A DNA stretch of 62,632 bases, counting the filler, from Nemertoderma westbladi (Eukaryota; Animalia; Xenacoelomorpha): assembly GCA_032718475.1 (NCBI GenBank). It is 4 parts of 4 records of this genome, joined end to end, with 100 filler letters (N's around TTAATTAATTAA, not from the genome) between each part and the next. Parts side by side here need not be neighbours in the genome. Positions count along the whole stretch, not along the records: positions 41,782 to 58,623 come from JAUCBJ010002333.1; positions 58,724 to 62,632 come from JAUCBJ010002051.1; 2 more parts are not named here. The stretch is one strand, 5' to 3'. The notes under the pieces were generated by a model. The model was not told the DNA's origin. It saw only the letters and a program-made list of their open reading frames with translations, and did not search any database. A program made the position numbers and the translations under genes. This document shows positions 51,001 to 61,821 of this stretch, piece after piece. Positions within the stretch are counted from its first letter, which is position 1, and each line of letters opens with the position of its first letter.

Positions 51001-54000
51001 GGAAACTGTATTTTTGTTTAGGTAAACTAATAGTGGAAGCTTTATTGTTTGTTTAGGTAAACTAATAGTGGAAACTTTATTATTTGTTTAGGTAAACTAA
51101 TAGTGGAAGCTTTATTGTTTGTTTAGGTAAACTAATAGTGGAAACTTTATTGTTTGTTTAGGTAAACTAATAGTGGAAACTTTATTGTTTGTTTAGGTAA
51201 ACTAATAGTGGAAGCTTTATTGTTTGTTTAGGTAAACTAATAGTGGAAACTTTATTGTTTGTTTAGGTAAACTAATAGTGGAAACTTTATTGTTTGTTTA
51301 GGTAAACTAATAGTGGAAACTTTATTGTTTGTTTAGGTAAACTAATAGTGGAAACTTTATTGTTTGTTTAGGTAAACTAATAGTGGAAACTTTATTGTTT
51401 GTTTAGGTAAACTAATAGTGGAAGCTTTATTGTTTGTTTAGGTAAACTAATAGTGGAAGCTTTATTGTTTGTTTAGGTAAACTAATAGTGGAAACTTTAT
51501 TGTTTGTTTAGGTAAACTAATAGTGGAAACTTTATTGTTTGTTTAGGTAAACTAATAGTGGAAACTTTATTATTTGTTTAGGTAAACTAATAGTGGAAAC
51601 TTTATTGTTTGTTTAGGTAAACTAATAGTGGAAACTTTATTATTTGTTTAGGTAAACTAATAGTGGAAACTTTATTGTCTGTTTAGGTAAACTAATAGTA
51701 GAAACTTTATTGTTTGTTTAGGTAAACTAATAGTGGAAACTTTATTGTTTGTTTAGGTAAACTAATAGTGCAAACTTTATTATTTGTTTAGGTAAACTAA
51801 TAGTGGAAACTTTATTGTTTGTTTAGGTAAACTAATAGTGGAAACTTTATTATTTGTTTAGGTAAACTAATAGTGGAAACTTTATTGTTTGTTTGGGTAA
51901 ACTAATAGTGGAAACTTTATTATTTGTTTAGGTAAACTAATAGTGGAAGCTTTATTGTTTGTTTAGGTAAACTAATAGTGGAAACTTTATTGTTTGTTTA
52001 GGTAAACTAATAGTGGAAACTTTATTGTTTGTTTAGGTAAACTAATAGTGGAAACTTTATTATTTGTTTAGGTAAACTAATAGTGGAAACTTTATTATTT
52101 GTTTAGGTAAACTAATAGTGGAAACTTTATTATTTGTTTAGGTAAACTAATAGTGGAAACTGTATTTTTGTTTAGGTAAACTAATAGTGGAAGCTTTATT
52201 ATTTGTTTAGGTAAACTAATAGTGGAAACTGTATTTTTGTTTAGGTAAACTAATAGTGGAAGCTTTATTGTTTGTTTAGGTAAACTAATAGTGGAAACTT
52301 TATTATTTGTTTAGGTAAACTAATAGTGGAAACTTTATTATTTGTTTAGGTAAACTAATAGTGGAAACTGTATTTTTGTTTAGGTAAACTAATAGTGGAA
52401 GCTTTATTGTTTGTTTAGGTAAACTAATAGTGGAAACTTTATTATTTGTTTAGGTAAACTAATAGTGGAAACTTTATTGTTTGTTTAGGTAAACTAATAG
52501 TGGAAACTTTATTGTTTGTTTAGGTAAACTAATAGTGGAAACTTTATTGTTTGTTTAGGTAAACTAATAGTGGAAACTTTATTGTTTGTTTAGGTAAACT
52601 AATAGTGGAAACTTTATTGTTTGTTTAGGTAAACTAATAGTGGAAACTTTATTATTTGTTTAGGTAAACTAATAGTGGAAACTTTATTGTTTGTTTAGGT
52701 AAACTAATAGTGGAAACTTTATTGTTTGTTTAGGTAAACTAATAGTGGAAACTTTATTGTTTGTTTAGGTAAACTAATAGTGGAAACTTTATTGTTTGTT
52801 TAGGTAAACTAATAGTGGAAACTTTATTGTTTGTTTAGGTAAACTAATAGTAGAAACTTTATTGTTTGTTTAGGTAAACTAATAGTGGAAACTTTATTGT
52901 TTGTTTAGGTAAACTAATAGTGCAAACTTTATTATTTGTTTAGGTAAACTAATAGTGGAAACTTTATTGTTTGTTTAGGTAAACTAATAGTGGAAACTTT
53001 ATTATTTGTTTAGGTAAACTAATAGTGGAAACTTTATTGTCTGTTTAGGTAAACTAATAGTGGAAGCTTTATTGTTTGTTTAGGTAAACTAATAGTGGAA
53101 ACTTTGTTGTTTGTTTTGGTGAACTAATAATAGTGTAAACTTTATTGTTTGTTTAGGTAAACTAATTGTGGAAACTTTATTGTTTGTTTAGGTAAACTAA
53201 TAGTGGAAACTTTATTGTTTGTTTAGGTAAACTAATAGTGGAAACTTTATTGTTTGTTTAGGTAAACTAATAGTGGAAACTTTATTGTTTGTTTAGGTAA
53301 ACTAATAGTGGAAACTTTATTATTTGTTTAGGTAAACTAATAGTGTAAACTTTATTGTTTGTTTAGGTAAACTAATAGTGGAAACTTTATTGTTTGTTTA
53401 GGTAAACTAATAGTGGAAACTTTATTATTTGTTTAGGTAAACTAATAGTGTAAACTTTATTATTTGTTTAGGTAAACTAATAGTGGAAACTTTATTGTTT
53501 GTTTAGGTAAACTAATAGTGGAAACTTTATTGTTTGTTTAGTTAAACTAATAGTGGAAACTTTATTATTTGTTTAGGTAAACTAATAGTGGAAACTTTAT
53601 TGTTTGTTTAGGTAAACTAATAGTGGAAACTTTATTATTTGTTTAGGTAAACTAATAGTGGAAACTTTATTGTTTGTTTAGGTAAACTAATAGTGGAAAC
53701 TTTATTGTTTGTTTAGTTAAACTAATAGTGGAAACTTTATTATTTGTTTAGGTAAACTAATAGTGTAAACTTTATTGTTTGTTTAGGTAAACTAATAGTG
53801 GAAGCTTTATTGTTTGTTTAGGTAAACTAATAGTGGAAACTTTATTGTTTGTTTAGGTAAACTAATAGTGGAAACTTTATTGTTTGTTTATGTGAACTAA
53901 TAGTGGAAGCTTTATTGTTTGTTTATGTGAACTAATAGTGGAAGCTTTATTGTTTGTTTATGTGAACTAATAGTGTAAACTTTATTGTTTGTTTAGGTAA

Positions 54001-54575
54001 ACTAATAGTGGAAACTTTATTGTTTGTTTAGGTAAACTAATAGTGGAAACTTTATTGTTTGTTTATGTGAACTAATAGTGGAAGCTTTATTGTTTGTTTA
54101 TGTGAACTAATAGTGTAAACTTTATTGTTTGTTTAGGTAAACTAATAGTGGAAACTTTATTGTTTGTTTATGTGAACTAATAGTGTAAACTTTATTGTTT
54201 GTTTAGGTAAACTAATAGTGTAAACTTTATTGTTTGTTTATGTGAACTAATAGTGGAAGCTTTATTGTTTGTTTAGGTAAACTAATAGTGGAAACTTTAT
54301 TGTTTGTTTATGTGAACTAATAGTGTAAACTTTATTGTTTGTTTAGGTAAACTAATAGTGGAAGCTTTATTGTTTGTTTAGGTAAACTAATAGTGGAAGC
54401 TTTATTGTTTGTTTAGGTAAACTAAATGTGGAAACTTTATTGTTTGTTTAGGTAAACTAATAGTGGAAACTTTATTGTTTGTTTATGTGAACTAATAGTG
54501 TAAACTTTATTGTTTGTTTAGGTAAACTAATAGTGGAAGCTTTATTGTTTGTTTAGGTAAACTAATAGTGGAAGC
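48082..54575 (+). repeat. 35-bp tandem satellite (~150 units) built from the Nup210 intron/exon-2 junction
   Basis: Unit GTAAACTAATAGTGGAA(A/G)CTTTATTGTTTGTTTAG. About 5 units lie before and about 145 after the MITE insertion. The last partial unit is the start of exon 2. Confidence 0.97.
48253..49478. mobile_element. hAT-type non-autonomous element inserted in the 35-bp satellite
   Basis: TIR caaggatgtt / aacatccttg, (cgtaa)n subterminal repeats, perfect 8-bp TSD gtttaggt at 48245-48252 and 49479-49486. Confidence 0.9.
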
Positions 54576-57500
54576 CCAATTTGCATCCATCGTTCTTGAG
54601 GATAACTCCATCTATTTCCTACGGCCGCCGGTCGTAGCAACGGCTTCCTTCGATGTATTCGACCCGCTCACATTGCGACCCAATCTATTAGCGTTCCCAT
54701 GGTTACCGAAACGCGAGACACCCTACAGCCGCACCCTAGCGGCGACGGGCGGCACGGGAGACTACCACTGGTACGTGGAGGACAGCAAGGTGTGCAGAGT
54801 GGATGACACGGGAACGGTAACCACGGCTGGCGCTAGGGGGCGCACTAGGGTGGTTGTAAAGGACTCCGAAAACCGCGTCGCTGAGTCTACGGTTGCGGTG
54901 GACGAGCCTAGCGAGTTAGTACTGAACGCTAGTCGAGTTGAGGCGGAGGTGGGTACCGAGTTACTGTTACCCGTTGGGTTGCTGGTTGCCACAGACGACG
55001 GACATAAACTCCCGGTCTCCGACTGCCGTGGTCTCAGTTTCTCTCTCGATCTCACCGCCTCTCCTCCCGTCTTCCGATCCTCCGAATCCGTTCTCTCGCC
55101 CTCAGATTCGGGTTGCTCCGGGCTACCGATGACGTCACTAGCCCCCGGTTTCACCACGGCGACCGTCTCGCTGAAACTCCCCGGATCCAACCGGTTGCTA
55201 AGCGACCGAGTTACTCTCGCGGGGTTCCACCCACTGCGGTTCCTGGAGCTCCCGCTGGATGGCGACGGGACGGTCAGCGTGCCGCCGGGTACCGCGTTGC
55301 CGCTTCGACTGTCCGGGGGCCCGTTGCCATGGCTACACGACCCGTCTACTTTCCGGGTGACTTCGTTCCGAACGCGGGAGTCCGGCGATCCGGTCCGTTC
55401 CGACTCGACGGGAACCGATCCCGACGGAATCCACATGGTCTCGTTGGGTTGCTCGGAGACGGAGTCCTTCCGGTTCGCCGTGGAGGTCGGCAACCGGGTC
55501 TCCCCGTTGAACCGGGACCCCGCGCGGTCGCGCGCCGCCGTCGACGTGGTCTGCGTCCATCCAACGCGCGTGGTCCTGCGACTGGAGGCCGCGGACAACG
55601 CGGTTAAACCCTCGTGCCCCGAGGAATCCCGCGACTCGATCCACGTGGTCCGCAACTCGCGGGTTCGGCTCTCGTTCCGGGGGTTCGACGACCGCGGTCG
55701 ACCGATGCTCAACCTGTCCTCCCTGACGACCAGGTGGACCGTAGACGGGGCGGCTGAGCTGGTAGGGGAGGAGTTGACCGTCGGTGACCGGGTTGGCCAA
55801 CCCGTTACCGTCACAGCCTGTCTCACTAAATATAAAACGAAGATCAACTCGAAAGGAGTAAACTTTCCGATCTGCGATAAACTGAAACTCCTCGTTGTGA
55901 ACCCGATCTCGCTCGATCCCCGGAGTATCTCACTCTTCAATCATCCCTCCAGTAAGTTCACAACCAAAGTTTCCGGTGGTTCAGGTTACTTTAACGTTAT
56001 TGCCAGCAACTCATCCGTTCTAGAATACTGGCATAGCAACAAGGACGGTAAACTGACTGTTGTTCCGATCTCGGACGGGTCTATCGTTCTGTCTGTGACC
56101 GACTTGTGCGTCGCCGGTAAGTCGGGATTCGTCGAACTCTCGGTGGATGTCTGGGGAATCGGTTCGATCCGAATCGATTCCGCCACTACGGTTATGGTTG
56201 GCCGCGAGTTGGATGTGCGAGTCCGGGTTAGTAACACCCAGGGACGCCTAATGGACGCCTCTCTCTACCATCTCATGGATCTTAAAACTGTGGTGAACAG
56301 TTACCTCGAGGTTGTCGATGTCCTCGAGGAGGTTGACGGCGTGGTTCGTGTGCGGGCGGCGGCTGTAGGTACCGGGTGGTTGAGTGTGGAGACACAGGGT
56401 ATATCGAGCTCCTCCCTGGAGGTCGTCGTGTTCCCTCCGCTCTCCGTTCAGCCCCCGCGGGTCTCTCTCCTCCCGGGCGGTCGTCTCCGACTCCGGGCCC
56501 ACGGCGGGCCTCCCACCAATTCCCGGATTATATTCTCCTCGGAGGAACCCCGAGTATCTTCCGTTTCCAGCGACGGACTCCTCCGCGCCTCCGATATCGG
56601 CGTCACCGCGATTAGGTGCTCCTCCGTTTCGCTCTCCGACGAATCCGTCGTCTATACCAGCGCCGCGGTCGCCGTCCACGTTAAACTCCTCGACGGGGTT
56701 TCCATTAAACTCCCGTCTGCCGTCGTCCTCGTCGATCAGCTCCTCCCGGTTTACGTAAAGGGACTCGGGGAATTTGATTCCCCCTTTATATTCTCCGGTT
56801 TGCTCTCGGCGATCTCGTTTAAGTGGCACGTTTCTAACCCGAGCACCGCTCGCATCCAATCGGTGGTCGAGCCATCCGTCTCCAAGCAACCGGAGGACTT
56901 CGCTGTGCGGTTGCTAGGGGTTACCGCCGGGGAGGTCCGACTAGTTGTGGAGGTGACGCCCCCTGGCGGTGGGACGGTGTTATCGGCTTCCGCCCTCGTC
57001 CAGGTGGTACCTCGGTTGGAGTTTCCCGCTCCTTGCGGTTCCGTTTGCAGGTTGACCATGTCGCCCGGCTCGGAATTCCCGCTGCGAGGCTCGGCTAACT
57101 ACCCCGAGCGACTCGTGTACGAGACACTGCCGCAAGATGGCGGTGACCTGGTGACGATCAGTAAGGACGGAGTGGTCACCGCTAAGGATGGCGTCGGTTC
57201 GCAACTGGTTCGCGTCATCGGGTCCCAGTCCCGCGGCTTTAACGATTCTATGGTTCTCGATATCCGAGTCGATAAGGTTTATATGGTCGCGGCGTTCGTC
57301 GACTTCTCGCGACTCGTTACCATGGATACCGGGGGTGTCGCGTCTGGTTCGTCGCCGTTGGGGAGCGCCGTGGCGGTGGGCGTTCGCTACCAGGACGCCC
57401 TGGGGCGGGGGTTCGATGCCCACAGAGGAGGCGTCGAGGTGGCGGTGGACGACACGGACGTGGTCCAGGTTGTCGGCGCCGGACCCCGCGCCGGAGTCCG

Positions 57501-58623
57501 CACGGAGTGGCGCGCCGGGTCCGTCGGGGTCGCTATACTCAAAGTGTGGGAACCCGTCGATGGGTCCACCCAACCCGACGGGTCTCTCCAACCCAACGGA
57601 TCCACCGAGTTGGCCGACTACATCCCGATTCGCGTCGCTGATTGGCTGTCTCCCTCCGACTCGAGCTACTCGGTTATGGACCTGGTCTGCTTCTCCTGCC
57701 CGGTTGGGGACGGACAGTGGAGCGCTACCGACTCCGTCTCCATCGATGTGGACTCCCGTACCGGGATGGCTCTGCTACGGGAACCGGCTTCGGTTCACGT
57801 CTCTCTTAAACTTCCGACCGCCGGCGCCACTCCGCTCGAACTCCACAAACCCGTAGATATCCAGCCGGTCGTGTCGGTTTCCTTCCAAACCAACTCATTA
57901 AACAACTTCGTCAGCGATAAGGAACGCGAGTATTTGTTCCCCGTTATTTTCCATTCCGCCACTAAAGACGACGTCCACATATTCGGCGACTGTTCCGGGG
58001 CCAAACTCAACGCGTTGTTGTTCCGACAGCTTCCCTTTACGTGCCGGGCGTGGATCGAGAACATCGCCGCTTCCCGAAGCGTCTCCGTGGTCAGCGCCGC
58101 GCAGTTCGACACCGCCGCATTGCAGTTTGTATGCTCAGTTAGTCTTGAGACTCGGACCTCTTCTCTTTCAGCCAGTCTGGACTCCCAGATCAACTTACAG
58201 GCGACTCTCGTTGGGAACGCACGCAACCAACCCACCGTCGCTTCCTCCGTTATCTCCCTCCCGTTTCATCCCAAGTTCGTTATGTCATCCTCTTCCGTTA
58301 TTCTCTCGTCCGAGGAGCCGTTGGGACACATAACTCTCTGTGGGACTCGTTTGGTTGCGGACTCCCTTCGGATTGGCGAGAGTGTCCCCGGTTGGGTCTC
58401 CCTCGGCGCGTTCCAGTACGACGAACCCACGCACACTCTCACCATCCCGGTCTACGCCCGGGAGATCGTGCATCACGAACGGGCCCCGTTGGTGCTCACG
58501 CTGACCTGCGGGGTTACCGGCCACACAGAGACCATCACTGTCGAGTACAAACAGTCCGGTGCGATGGTCTCTCCGTTGGTCTACCAACACAGACGGGGCG
58601 GTTTAATGCACGAGATCCTATCA
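54557..58623 (+). CDS. NUP210: Nup210 coding exon 2 (over 4 kb, truncated by gap before the TM helix)
   Basis: Acceptor ttgtttag| at 54556. The phase-1 join gives ...LKG KLIVEAQF in the 1367-aa frame. gp210 motifs: LAFPWLP, ATGGTGDYHW, GGPLPW, LFNHP, GGSGYF, VFPPL, GGPP, YQDALGRGFDA, repeated Ig-like domains. Confidence 0.92.
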
Positions 58624-58723
58624 NNNNNNNNNNNNNNNNNNNNNNNNNNNNNNNNNNNNNNNNNNNNTTAATTAATTAANNNNNNNNNNNNNNNNNNNNN
58701 NNNNNNNNNNNNNNNNNNNNNNN
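58624..58723. other. Assembly gap with linker
   Basis: N-run with TTAATTAATTAA. Confidence 0.98.
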
Positions 58724-58992
58724 CTATCTTTTTTCAATGAATATACCAACCAATAAATATTACAATTTACCTATTCTAGATGAGCTTTAACTAATGCCAT
58801 ACAATTTTATTATTATTATTAAATTCTGAAAAATTTCAAAAATGAAGCAGATAATTAATTGATTGTATTATCACCAAAATAATTAAAGATGAAGTTACAT
58901 AAAGTCTTAACTAACATAACGTCAACTTCAAATGATATATCAATTTTATAATATGGAATATAATTTCAATCCAAATGATCCATATGAAAATA

Positions 58993-59817
58993 CACCATGA
59001 CCCGTAATAGTGTTAATATAGTGCCAACTTTTTCTACAAATCTTTATAATATTGCTTGAAAATTGAAACACAACTTGTTCCACTTACCATCAATGTAATG
59101 TCCTCATGAAGTCGGAATTTTCGATATTGCCTGTAAATTTTTTTTATATACTTTTAAAAAAGTGTCTTTTGCGAAATTGCACATCTCCCATCGCCACTAT
59201 TGTTCATCTTAGTGAAGAATTTTTCATATCATTAAAAAGATTGCGTTGCAAGTATTCTAAATATGTAACAATATCTGAATTTCGTTGAGAGAGAGCTGAG
59301 ATAGGCGTTCAAAGATTGCAAGAATTATCGTTCGCTGGAGGCCATTTATTCTATTTAATAAATAACAGTGGTGACAGCAGAACATTGTGTATTTATTAAA
59401 TACTTTAGAATAAATGGCCGAACTATAGCGAACTATACTTTATACTTCTTGCAATCTTTGAACGCCTATCTCTCAGCTGTTTTTCAACGAAATTCAAACA
59501 TTCTTACATATTTGGAATCCTTGCAACGCAGGCTTTCTAATGATATGAAAAAATTACGTCACTAATGTGAAGAATGGCCACGATATGGAGAGGTGCGAAT
59601 TTCGCAAAAGACACTTTTTTAAAACGCTTATTAAAAAAACTTTACAGGCGAAATCGAAAATTCCGGCTTCAATGGGGTCATCGTCGGTGAGTGGAACTAG
59701 TTGTGTTTCAAATTTCAAGCAATATGATAAAGATTTGTAGAAAAATCTGGTGGGGGGGGGGGGGGGGGGTGGGGGTCCGTGTCATCAGAAAATGACACTA
59801 TATTACGGATCATGGTG
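58993..59817. mobile_element. Almost fully palindromic MITE, CAC...GTG termini, TA TSD
   Basis: ta|caccatgacccgtaata ... tattacggatcatggtg|ta. The arms pair over about 58993-59330 / 59440-59817. A related end fragment lies near 32370-32470. Confidence 0.85.
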
Positions 59818-59820
59818 TAT

Positions 59821-61821
59821 TTAATGAATGTTGAAACATCCAACAAGGAAATTTACAATTGCCTGTTCCATATGGGCCCTGACGGATTGATGCCAGGTGG
59901 AATGTTGATGAGAACTATAAATTAATTCACTAAACTGAATATTTTTCTCAGTCAATTCATCAATGAGCCCAGCAGTGTGATCGAAAAATACAAATTTATC
60001 CTCAGTATTATGAATAATTAAGAGCCGTTGGGATGTTGTGTTGAATTTAGCTAAGTTGGATTGTTCAATAGATCGCAGTTGGAAGGGCCACGTTTCTCCG
60101 CCTTTTGGTGTGCCAAAATATCTCTCAACCATGAAAGAAGCATACAGTTTCCAGTTTGTAATTGGTGCCACAATAACGTTGCAAGAGAATGGAGATTGGT
60201 TGGTAGTCGCAGCCAATAGCCCAATGTATCCACCATACAGTTCTCCCCATAGTCCCACTCTTGATCCGTTTACTCTCCCACTGCTCACAAGATCATTTAC
60301 AACAGCAATTACATCAACGATTTCCAGATCACCCAGTTGTTTGTAAATGGAGTTTCGGAATGTCGCACCATATCCAGTTGAGCCATGAACATCAATCTCC
60401 ACCACCATAAAGTCCAATGATCCTACCAAATAGCTAACCAAATCAATGTCAAACTTATCCTGAACCAGGTGCGATCCTGGTCGGTCAGGTAAATGAACTA
60501 CCAATGGATACATATGTTTGTTGTCGTAATTCATAGGCAAATAAAGTTTAGCATGAATTTCTTCATTGTACTTTGTATTTACTACCAAGTGTTCGGTAAT
60601 AGGTAGACGAAACAATTCGATGCTCTCATTGTAAAGTTTAATATTATCTTCAAGCATTACAGTAGAACCAGTCTCAATGTTTAATGCTAAATCGAAAGGA
60701 TATGCAGGGCCTTGGCAAGTGAGAACAACCCAGTTACTAATCCGAGATGACAAAACAGTGAAATAAGTGCAATTATTTTCTCTTATGTTACAGGTAACGC
60801 ATTTAGCGATATGGTTATTGTCCATACTGTACAGATGCTGTTGATGTGGTGAATTCTGATTGGATAAATAAAATACTTCGTCATCATCTAGTTTAACTAG
60901 TTGACTTACTTCCCACTTCCCAGATGTAATAAACTCTACCGAGTCACCAATTACATTTGTAACCAGGTTTATTCTGCCGATGTGCTTATATGATCCATCC
61001 ACGTAGTTTTGTCGGGATTCAAGTACAACATATATTAGATCGCCATTATTACTCGCTAAAGGAGGACTGACAACATCTATCCAAGGTTTATTAAACGTCG
61101 AAAAAATAACACGAGTGTTCAATTCACTAACATCTGTTACAGTTAAAACGCTGTAATGTTGTTCGCGATTCGCCCACTGAACAAAGAGCTGATTGTTGTT
61201 CAACCAATTTACACTTAGAATATATAAATTATGCCATTCATCATTCGGAATACGTAGAGAATCCCCCAAATCTTTCAATTCATAAGAATTTCCCGTAAGA
61301 ACTTGAACACAATACAGCTTTGTATCTGGGTTAATTTTGCCAGGAAAAGGGACTCGTATTCCTTTTACATCTTCGGAAGAATAATTTGGTATAATTTTCT
61401 CGTCAACTTTACTGTCATCAAATTTTAAGTAAGCTATATAATTCCCATTCGGTGACCACCACATTCCTTTGGTTTGCTTCAAAACTTCAACTTCATACAG
61501 CCAGTCAGTAACTCCATTGTATATAGTGCCACTAATACCATCATTGGTCAGCATTTTAACGCTATCATCAAATGCGGTAGGCTCATTTTTTATGTATATG
61601 TTATTGTTTCTTATAAAAGCAATGGAATGTCCAACTGGTGACCACTCAACATATTGAATCCTGGAGTTATTGAGCAATAGGTTGACGAATTTGCTTTGTT
61701 CAACATCATAAACTACATATTGAGCAGTGTACGAATAAAGTACATTGTACTTGAGATCAGTTGTAATTAATACAAACTTGCCATCTGAAGAAACACTCAG
61801 GTTATCTATGAGATATTGGTC
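59821..61821 (-). CDS. DPP4-family (S9B) protein, inactive DPP6/DPP10-like, 2001-nt terminal exon; earlier exons lie outside the window
   Basis: Acceptor ttattacag| at 61822. SSDGKF, WSPVG, NGVTDWLYEVE, WWSPNG, ITSGKWEV, DVHGSTGYG, GELYGGY in place of GWSYGG, HNTEDKFV, ...GCF terminus. Confidence 0.92.
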   Translation of the reverse strand, partial: DQYLIDNLSVSSDGKFVLITTDLKYNVLYSYTAQYVVYDVEQSKFVNLLLNNSRIQYVEWSPVGHSIAFIRNNNIYIKNEPTAFDDSVKMLTNDGISGTIYNGVTDWLYEVEVLKQTKGMWWSPNGNYIAYLKFDDSKVDEKIIPNYSSEDVKGIRVPFPGKINPDTKLYCVQVLTGNSYELKDLGDSLRIPNDEWHNLYILSVNWLNNNQLFVQWANREQHYSVLTVTDVSELNTRVIFSTFNKPWIDVVSPPLASNNGDLIYVVLESRQNYVDGSYKHIGRINLVTNVIGDSVEFITSGKWEVSQLVKLDDDEVFYLSNQNSPHQQHLYSMDNNHIAKCVTCNIRENNCTYFTVLSSRISNWVVLTCQGPAYPFDLALNIETGSTVMLEDNIKLYNESIELFRLPITEHLVVNTKYNEEIHAKLYLPMNYDNKHMYPLVVHLPDRPGSHLVQDKFDIDLVSYLVGSLDFMVVEIDVHGSTGYGATFRNSIYKQLGDLEIVDVIAVVNDLVSSGRVNGSRVGLWGELYGGYIGLLAATTNQSPFSCNVIVAPITNWKLYASFMVERYFGTPKGGETWPFQLRSIEQSNLAKFNTTSQRLLIIHNTEDKFVFFDHTAGLIDELTEKNIQFSELIYSSHQHSTWHQSVRAHMEQAIVNFLVGCFNIH

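Noticed and set aside
48082-54575. CRISPR array (35-36-bp repeats, also 34143-35349)
   Set aside because: Units are head-to-tail with no unique spacers, there are no cas genes, and the context is a eukaryotic intron.
54762-58590. Numerous antisense and off-frame ORFs up to 392 aa
   Set aside because: Shadows of the GC-rich Nup210 exon, with no independent motifs.
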